From Dudresnaya verticillata (taxonomy: Eukaryota): a stretch of DNA of 64,000 nucleotides. Positions 56,153 through 64,000 of this stretch are shown here, in pieces. A program made the position numbers and the translations under genes. The notes beneath the pieces are model-generated. The model was not told where the DNA came from. It did no database searches and saw only the letters and a list, made by a program, of their open reading frames with translations. The stretch covers positions 992,001 to 1,056,000 of the forward strand of contig OZ374563.1 of NCBI GenBank assembly GCA_977862235.1, written 5' to 3'. The first letter of the stretch is position 1, and each line of letters starts with the position of its first letter.

Positions 56153-58016
56153 GATGGTGGATATCTTTTCGATAGGTTCGACAAGATCAATTACGCCGAA
56201 GCAATCACGTAGATGCACCTATTGAGGTTTGTTGCAAACTCTTCACCCTCGGTCAAGGGCTGGGCGTTTTGATAAGGCGAGGTGGTAGGGTTCTAGAGCA
56301 CTCGAGAAGAGGTTTTGAATAGCTCCACACAGTGCCTTCTTTGAGTTCGAGCTTGGGAAGGGCGAGGAGAGGTTGAGGACTGTTCAGACTGTATGCTGAA
56401 TTTTACTCAATACGGTGGGTGTGAGTGAGGTCGTTGTTGTAAGTCTATTGAAAGTTTGCTTTGATGGATTCAATTTGAAGTATACAGACGAAAGAAGAGT
56501 TGCAATTTGACGCGCAGTGCATGTGGATTGTCCTTGTTTTAGTGGGATGTTTTCATGATCTCGATTCATCTGACAATAACGCAATAATGCTTTCTGTTGT
56601 AACGTGGTATACGCGGAAGACCACGATTGTCTTGAGTTGGGAAGCACGGTTTCTTTTATGAAGGATAATGCGGCGGGTGAAGCGGCGGAACGGGAAGCCA
56701 TCCCGTTCTCATAACGCACCCGCCGCTTTATCCTTCCCTACGCACTCTCCCCTGTTAGTCGGCCACCCACTCCCTTCCGTCAGCCACAACCTCCATAAGC
56801 CTCGACCAGGACATCGTTCTCTACAGCTCGTTGTAGGCACCTGAGCTGAGTCAGGAGGGAGTCACACTAGAATGTAGCAATTGGCATACCTGCGCTCCGC
56901 GGCGAGCTGTTGGCCAAAGTTTGGTACCTGCGCTGATCTACTGTACCACTCTAAATGCCGCCTCCGCCCGCCGACCGTTCCAGCGCTAATGCGCCACACA
57001 ACACGCCTGCCACAACTGCTCAACCGCCGCAACGCCCAAACGCTTTGAACTTCAGGAGTCATCTCATCGCTGTTGACTCTGACTCAGCGAGGAAGGATTT
57101 TGACTCAGCACTTCGCAACATTCTACGTGGACGGCAGCGAGGGATATAGTTATCAAATCCTGCTGTCCAGAACTAATCCAAGACCTTGTCTTCTAAAAAC
57201 GGTTCGCTAAGGTGCCATACGCGTTGGACGAGATCCAGAGCAATGAGTATGCAGGGAAGATGGCTGGCTGAATGTATGCCATTGCGCTGGAATCGCTGCT
57301 GTTTTCAATGACGATGTGGACAAGACCGCTGTTGGTTTAGTTGTTCGTAGTTGGTAACGCTGCTGCTGGTGAAGCCAAGGTGCATAAGCAAGGTGCAGAG
57401 AACTCTTCATTAACTATTGCTACCGCTATTGTCAGAGATGACACTACGGATGTACACGGCGATACTGACGATTTTCCGGAGTAGGCGCCAAGGGTGGTCG
57501 AGATAGCTGTGGATGGCGCGGGTGCAGTGAAAACTCTCATGAAGGATTGCGCAGCGGGGAGTGCTGATATCAGGTTATTAAGCTTGGCCCAGAAAAAGTA
57601 ATGTTTTTTATTAAATCTATTCACAAGTCAGTGCCGCAAGTTATCTCTTTTTGCGACAAGCATGTTGTCACCCTTTCCGTCGGGGCTGATTTGAGCCCTT
57701 GGCTTGTTATTGGCCCGAGGTGTAGCCGAGGGCCAATAACAACCCTCGGGCTCTACTGTAGAGAACTCGGGCTCTACTGTACTGTAGAGAACACAACGAA
57801 AAAGGTGCCCGTGACGGGTAAGCCACGAGACACTTGCAGCTGCGTTTGCAAGCTCCGCTTGCTACACTTAGCGAGACAATATCAAGTCAGCGTTAGTTCT
57901 TTTACCGCTTGTAGCTACAGAGCCTACCCATTAGGGGAGGAGGCCGCGCCAATGTGCCCCAGCTGGCTGGAAAATACCATTGTTTCACTCGAGGAAACTT
58001 CTTCCTACCTGTAACA

Positions 58017-59903
58017 CTACCACAAGAAGCTAGGATCGACAAAATTCTTACTCAGCAGATCAGACTCTAAGATGTCTTCCACGTTCAATGCGGAAAGTAC
58101 ATGGGCCTGATCAACAATCCCCGTTGGCGTCCGAGATTCATTGCCGTTGCTGGCAACTTGGGATGCAACCTGTGGATTGCGACCACTCTGGCGACGGGCC
58201 GCTGCAATGCTCTGGGATGAACTCCCATCTTGGGAACGAGGAATAGAAGTCCCGGCGGTTGCAGAGCTTGAAAGGCCTTCAACACCCGTGTCCATGTGCG
58301 AAGAGTTCGGGGTTGTAGCTTTTGTAGAGCTTGGTGTCCCCATTTGGTCTGTATTGCTCTTCGACGCAGCCTGGCGGGAACGAGAGGCGCTAGCAGACCG
58401 CGACTTGGCTGGTGCCTTCCGAGCTTTTGCTGGTTTCGCCCTGTTTTGGGGCTTTTTGTCAACCGGGACAGCGGAGGAGCCAGAAGCTGTAGCTTTTTGA
58501 GCTTTTGGTTGCCTCTTTCGATTTGAAGTCGGCTTTCTCGGCTCCCTCCCAGGCTTCTTGGATGCTTCTTTGCTCACCCGACCCTTGGACGGCTTCAGCT
58601 CAACATTTCGCAGTCCCTCACTTTCCTTCTCTGCGTTAGTTGAAGCCTCGCGATAGACCTTTTTCGCTTCCGTACCCATTGGTTTGCGGTTACGATCCGG
58701 GTCCTTGCGACACGCCTGGCAGTCCCAGGTCCCGAGCCTCCTCGCAAGACGTAGCAAGCCAACGTCTCTCACCTTTCCTGCACACTTAAAGCACAATCCC
58801 ATATCACAAGTCCCAGAATATGTATTGATACATTTGAACATGTCCGAGACATTTGAATCAATTAGGCAATACTGGCAGAACGTGGCTCCAATTCGCTTGC
58901 CGGGAACAGGCTTAGACCTAGAATTAAGCATTGGATTCGCTCCATCTGCAACGTTCGAGGGCACGACTTTCGAAGGCTGAGGTACTGAAGCGGGTTTGGT
59001 CCCATTTTCAGGTGTTGAAGCGCCCGTGGTTCCATTCTGAGATACTGAAGCGACTCTGGTCCCGTTCTGAGGTCCCGAAGCTGCTGTCGTCGCATTACGA
59101 GGTGCTGAAGCGGCTCTGGTCGCATTACGAGGTGCTGAAGCGGCTCTGGTCGCATTACGAGGTGCTGAAGCGGCCTTGTTCACATTCTGCCTTCTATGCA
59201 CCGCTTTTGCTATCTTCTTTTGGACTGGCAAAGAGCCCACGGCCGAAGGCGGGGGACTTGGTGGGATTTGTTGTCCATGAACGGGTGCAGTAGGATTGGA
59301 GATAGCTGTAGCCTGCGGAGCATGCTGAGCGATCAGCTGTGCCACAAGGGGAGCGCAAGCAGGGTCTCGGAGTGCAGGGTTGAGCGTGAGCAGCTGCATG
59401 ATGGGGCTTGAAGCGATCAGCTGTATTTGTGCAACATTGGCCAGCATGTTTGTCATTGATTGTTGCTGTTGCCCATACTCATTAAACAACGGTGGTTGCC
59501 CATACTCATTGAGTGACGGTTGGTGCCCATATCCATTCGTAAAAGATTGTTGGGCATAGCCGTTAACTTGCGGCTGTCCACTGACTAGCGGTTGCTGTGC
59601 TAGCGTATTTTGCGATAGTTGCTGCGGATGCACTGGGTTTGTGGGATGATGCTGAAGATAAGCTAATCCAGGCGGCAGCTGCTGCTGAAGGTGGGGTTGG
59701 TGGTGACAACTTGGTTGAGTTGGAAGCCTAGCGCGACCAGCTAGGCGCGGGTCTCTCGTCAGAGGCGTCGCCACATTGGCAACCGAAGGCTGGCTTTGGG
59801 AAGAGATTGGGGCGGGCGCAGCACTTCCGAGAGGTTGAGATGTGGAGGGGCCTCGAACAGAATTGGTCCTCGATGCTGAGGCTGGATGCGGCAGACGGCT
59901 CAT
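58017..59903 (-). CDS. Array copy 12, 628 aa
   Basis: Same translation as copy 3. Confidence 0.75.
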   Translation of the reverse strand: MSRLPHPASASRTNSVRGPSTSQPLGSAAPAPISSQSQPSVANVATPLTRDPRLAGRARLPTQPSCHHQPHLQQQLPPGLAYLQHHPTNPVHPQQLSQNTLAQQPLVSGQPQVNGYAQQSFTNGYGHQPSLNEYGQPPLFNEYGQQQQSMTNMLANVAQIQLIASSPIMQLLTLNPALRDPACAPLVAQLIAQHAPQATAISNPTAPVHGQQIPPSPPPSAVGSLPVQKKIAKAVHRRQNVNKAASAPRNATRAASAPRNATRAASAPRNATTAASGPQNGTRVASVSQNGTTGASTPENGTKPASVPQPSKVVPSNVADGANPMLNSRSKPVPGKRIGATFCQYCLIDSNVSDMFKCINTYSGTCDMGLCFKCAGKVRDVGLLRLARRLGTWDCQACRKDPDRNRKPMGTEAKKVYREASTNAEKESEGLRNVELKPSKGRVSKEASKKPGREPRKPTSNRKRQPKAQKATASGSSAVPVDKKPQNRAKPAKARKAPAKSRSASASRSRQAASKSNTDQMGTPSSTKATTPNSSHMDTGVEGLSSSATAGTSIPRSQDGSSSQSIAAARRQSGRNPQVASQVASNGNESRTPTGIVDQAHVLSALNVEDILESDLLSKNFVDPSFLW

Positions 59904-61767
59904 GATGGTGGATATCTTTTCGATAGGTTCGACAAGATCAATTACGCCGAAGCAATCACGTAGATGCACCTATTGAGGTTTGTTGCAAACTCTTCACCCT
60001 CGGTCAAGGGCTGGGCGTTTTGATAAGGCGAGGTGGTAGGGTTCTAGAGCACTCGAGAAGAGGTTTTGAATAGCTCCACACAGTGCCTTCTTTGAGTTCG
60101 AGCTTGGGAAGGGCGAGGAGAGGTTGAGGACTGTTCAGACTGTATGCTGAATTTTACTCAACACGGTGGGTGTGAGTGAGGTCGTTGTTGTAAGTCTATT
60201 GAAAGTTTGCTTTGATGGATTCAATTTGAAGTATACAGACGAAAGAAGAGTTGCAATTTGACGCGCAGTGCATGTGGATTGTCCTTGTTTTAGTGGGATG
60301 TTTTCATGATCTCGATTCATCTGACAATAACGCAATAATGCTTTCTGTTGTAACGTGGTATACGCGGAAGACCACGATTGTCTTGAGTTGGGAAGCACGG
60401 TTTCTTTTATGAAGGATAATGCGGCGGGTGAAGCGGCGGAACGGGAAGCCATCCCGTTCTCATAACGCACCCGCCGCTTTATCCTTCCCTACGCACTCTC
60501 CCCTGTTAGTCGGCCACCCACTCCCTTCCGTCAGCCACAACCTCCATAAGCCTCGACCAGGACATCGTTCTCTACAGCTCGTTGTAGGCACCTGAGCTGA
60601 GTCAGGAGGGAGTCACACTAGAATGTAGCAATTGGCATACCTGCGCTCCGCGGCGAGCTGTTGGCCAAAGTTTGGTACCTGCGCTGATCTACTGTACCAC
60701 TCTAAATGCCGCCTCCGCCCGCCGACCGTTCCAGCGCTAATGCGCCACACAACACGCCTGCCACAACTGCTCAACCGCCGCAACGCCCAAACGCTTTGAA
60801 CTTCAGGAGTCATCTCATCGCTGTTGACTCTGACTCAGCGAGGAAGGATTTTGACTCAGCACTTCGCAACATTCTACGTGGACGGCAGCGAGGGATATAG
60901 TTATCAAATCCTGCTGTCCAGAACTAATCCAAGACCTTGTCTTCTAAAAACGGTTCGCTAAGGTGCCATACGCGTTGGACGAGATCCAGAGCAATGAGTA
61001 TGCAGGGAAGATGGCTGGCTGAATGTATGCCATTGCGCTGGAATCGCTGCTGTTTTCAATGACGATGTGGACAAGACCGCTGTTGGTTTAGTTGTTCGTA
61101 GTTGGTAACGCTGCTGCTGGTGAAGCCAAGGTGCATAAGCAAGGTGCAGAGAACTCTTCATTAACTATTGCTACCGCTATTGTCAGAGATGACACTACGG
61201 ATGTACACGGCGATACTGACGATTTTCCGGAGTAGGCGCCAAGGGTGGTCGAGATAGCTGTGGATGGCGCGGGTGCAGTGAAAACTCTCATGAAGGATTG
61301 CGCAGCGGGGAGTGCTGATATCAGGTTATTAAGCTTGGCCCAGAAAAAGTAATGTTTTTTATTAAATCTATTCACAAGTCAGTGCCGCAAGTTATCTCTT
61401 TTTGCGACAAGCATGTTGTCACCCTTTCCGTCGGGGCTGATTTGAGCCCTTGGCTTGTTATTGGCCCGAGGTGTAGCCGAGGGCCAATAACAACCCTCGG
61501 GCTCTACTGTAGAGAACTCGGGCTCTACTGTACTGTAGAGAACACAACGAAAAAGGTGCCCGTGACGGGTAAGCCACGAGACACTTGCAGCTGCGTTTGC
61601 AAGCTCCGCTTGCTACACTTAGCGAGACAATATCAAGTCAGCGTTAGTTCTTTTACCGCTTGTAGCTACAGAGCCTACCCATTAGGGGAGGAGGCCGCGC
61701 CAATGTGCCCCAGCTGGCTGGAAAATACCATTGTTTCACTCGAGGAAACTTCTTCCTACCTGTAACA

Positions 61768-63654
61768 CTACCACAAGAAGCTAGGATCGACAAAATTCTT
61801 ACTCAGCAGATCAGACTCTAAGATGTCTTCCACGTTCAATGCGGAAAGTACATGGGCCTGATCAACAATCCCCGTTGGCGTCCGAGATTCATTGCCGTTG
61901 CTGGCAACTTGGGATGCAACCTGTGGATTGCGACCACTCTGGCGACGGGCCGCTGCAATGCTCTGGGATGAACTCCCATCTTGGGAACGAGGAATAGAAG
62001 TCCCGGCGGTTGCAGAGCTTGAAAGGCCTTCAACACCCGTGTCCATGTGCGAAGAGTTCGGGGTTGTAGCTTTTGTAGAGCTTGGTGTCCCCATTTGGTC
62101 TGTATTGCTCTTCGACGCAGCCTGGCGGGAACGAGAGGCGCTAGCAGACCGCGACTTGGCTGGTGCCTTCCGAGCTTTTGCTGGTTTCGCCCTGTTTTGG
62201 GGCTTTTTGTCAACCGGGACAGCGGAGGAGCCAGAAGCTGTAGCTTTTTGAGCTTTTGGTTGCCTCTTTCGATTTGAAGTCGGCTTTCTCGGCTCCCTCC
62301 CAGGCTTCTTGGATGCTTCTTTGCTCACCCGACCCTTGGACGGCTTCAGCTCAACATTTCGCAGTCCCTCACTTTCCTTCTCTGCGTTAGTTGAAGCCTC
62401 GCGATAGACCTTTTTCGCTTCCGTACCCATTGGTTTGCGGTTACGATCCGGGTCCTTGCGACACGCCTGGCAGTCCCAGGTCCCGAGCCTCCTCGCAAGA
62501 CGTAGCAAGCCAACGTCTCTCACCTTTCCTGCACACTTAAAGCACAATCCCATATCACAAGTCCCAGAATATGTATTGATACATTTGAACATGTCCGAGA
62601 CATTTGAATCAATTAGGCAATACTGGCAGAACGTGGCTCCAATTCGCTTGCCGGGAACAGGCTTAGACCTAGAATTAAGCATTGGATTCGCTCCATCTGC
62701 AACGTTCGAGGGCACGACTTTCGAAGGCTGAGGTACTGAAGCGGGTTTGGTCCCATTTTCAGGTGTTGAAGCGCCCGTGGTTCCATTCTGAGATACTGAA
62801 GCGACTCTGGTCCCGTTCTGAGGTCCCGAAGCTGCTGTCGTCGCATTACGAGGTGCTGAAGCGGCTCTGGTCGCATTACGAGGTGCTGAAGCGGCTCTGG
62901 TCGCATTACGAGGTGCTGAAGCGGCCTTGTTCACATTCTGCCTTCTATGCACCGCTTTTGCTATCTTCTTTTGGACTGGCAAAGAGCCCACGGCCGAAGG
63001 CGGGGGACTTGGTGGGATTTGTTGTCCATGAACGGGTGCAGTAGGATTGGAGATAGCTGTAGCCTGCGGAGCATGCTGAGCGATCAGCTGTGCCACAAGG
63101 GGAGCGCAAGCAGGGTCTCGGAGTGCAGGGTTGAGCGTGAGCAGCTGCATGATGGGGCTTGAAGCGATCAGCTGTATTTGTGCAACATTGGCCAGCATGT
63201 TTGTCATTGATTGTTGCTGTTGCCCATACTCATTAAACAACGGTGGTTGCCCATACTCATTGAGTGACGGTTGGTGCCCATATCCATTCGTAAAAGATTG
63301 TTGGGCATAGCCGTTAACTTGCGGCTGTCCACTGACTAGCGGTTGCTGTGCTAGCGTATTTTGCGATAGTTGCTGCGGATGCACTGGGTTTGTGGGATGA
63401 TGCTGAAGATAAGCTAATCCAGGCGGCAGCTGCTGCTGAAGGTGGGGTTGGTGGTGACAACTTGGTTGAGTTGGAAGCCTAGCGCGACCAGCTAGGCGCG
63501 GGTCTCTCGTCAGAGGCGTCGCCACATTGGCAACCGAAGGCTGGCTTTGGGAAGAGATTGGGGCGGGCGCAGCACTTCCGAGAGGTTGAGATGTGGAGGG
63601 GCCTCGAACAGAATTGGTCCTCGATGCTGAGGCTGGATGCGGCAGACGGCTCAT
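61768..63654 (-). CDS. Array copy 13, 628 aa
   Basis: Same translation as copy 3. Confidence 0.75.
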   Translation of the reverse strand: MSRLPHPASASRTNSVRGPSTSQPLGSAAPAPISSQSQPSVANVATPLTRDPRLAGRARLPTQPSCHHQPHLQQQLPPGLAYLQHHPTNPVHPQQLSQNTLAQQPLVSGQPQVNGYAQQSFTNGYGHQPSLNEYGQPPLFNEYGQQQQSMTNMLANVAQIQLIASSPIMQLLTLNPALRDPACAPLVAQLIAQHAPQATAISNPTAPVHGQQIPPSPPPSAVGSLPVQKKIAKAVHRRQNVNKAASAPRNATRAASAPRNATRAASAPRNATTAASGPQNGTRVASVSQNGTTGASTPENGTKPASVPQPSKVVPSNVADGANPMLNSRSKPVPGKRIGATFCQYCLIDSNVSDMFKCINTYSGTCDMGLCFKCAGKVRDVGLLRLARRLGTWDCQACRKDPDRNRKPMGTEAKKVYREASTNAEKESEGLRNVELKPSKGRVSKEASKKPGREPRKPTSNRKRQPKAQKATASGSSAVPVDKKPQNRAKPAKARKAPAKSRSASASRSRQAASKSNTDQMGTPSSTKATTPNSSHMDTGVEGLSSSATAGTSIPRSQDGSSSQSIAAARRQSGRNPQVASQVASNGNESRTPTGIVDQAHVLSALNVEDILESDLLSKNFVDPSFLW

Positions 63655-64000
63655 GATGGTGGATATCTTTTCGATAGGTTCGACAAGATCAATTACGCCG
63701 AAGCAATCACGTAGATGCACCTATTGAGGTTTGTTGCAAACTCTTCACCCTCGGTCAAGGGCTGGGCGTTTTGATAAGGCGAGGTGGTAGGGTTCTAGAG
63801 CACTCGAGAAGAGGTTTTGAATAGCTCCACACAGTGCCTTCTTTGAGTTCGAGCTTGGGAAGGGCGAGGAGAGGTTGAGGACTGTTCAGACTGTATGCTG
63901 AATTTTACTCAATACGGTGGGTGTGAGTGAGGTCGTTGTTGTAAGTCTATTGAAAGTTTGCTTTGATGGATTCAATTTGAAGTATACAGACGAAAGAAGA

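Larger units (their letters stand above)
17231..64000 (-). repeat. Head-to-tail tandem array of a 3751-bp gene-bearing unit; 13 gene copies in view, continuing past the window end
   Basis: ORF sets recur every 3751 bp (3752 once, 3691 once). ATGs at 18701, 22453, 26204, 29955, 33706, 37457, 41208, 44959, 48710, 52461, 56152, 59903 and 63654. Confidence 0.98.

Overview
Eukaryotic nuclear DNA that is compact, GC-rich and intron-poor. Gene style and an intronless SQD2 suggest an alga, most likely a red alga (inference). Bases 1-12.1 kb hold eight mostly housekeeping genes: SQD2 (5'-truncated), an organellar SSB, a C2HC-zinc-finger protein with a plant LNK-like C-terminal domain, a RAD51C-like paralog, Rab GDI, a degenerate metallophosphoesterase-fold protein, CIA1/CIAO1, and a spliced MYCBP-like gene. 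From 12.1 kb on, the window records the amplification of one unnamed gene encoding a low-complexity protein with an 8-Cys ADD/PHD- or zf-4CXXC_R1-like finger. It occurs as an intact parent-like copy A (+, divergent from MYCBP), a 3'-truncated copy B (+), and, in inverted orientation, a near-identical 3751-bp tandem array. The array has 13 copies in view and runs off the right edge. Each unit is the whole MYCBP/zinc-finger intergenic region, the gene, its 3' flank, and about 685 bp that ends in a pogo/Tc1-mariner-like terminus at a TA. Copy B and array copy 1 form a ~1.2-kb-arm inverted repeat that could yield hairpin RNA against the family. All comparisons were made by eye; no database searches were run.
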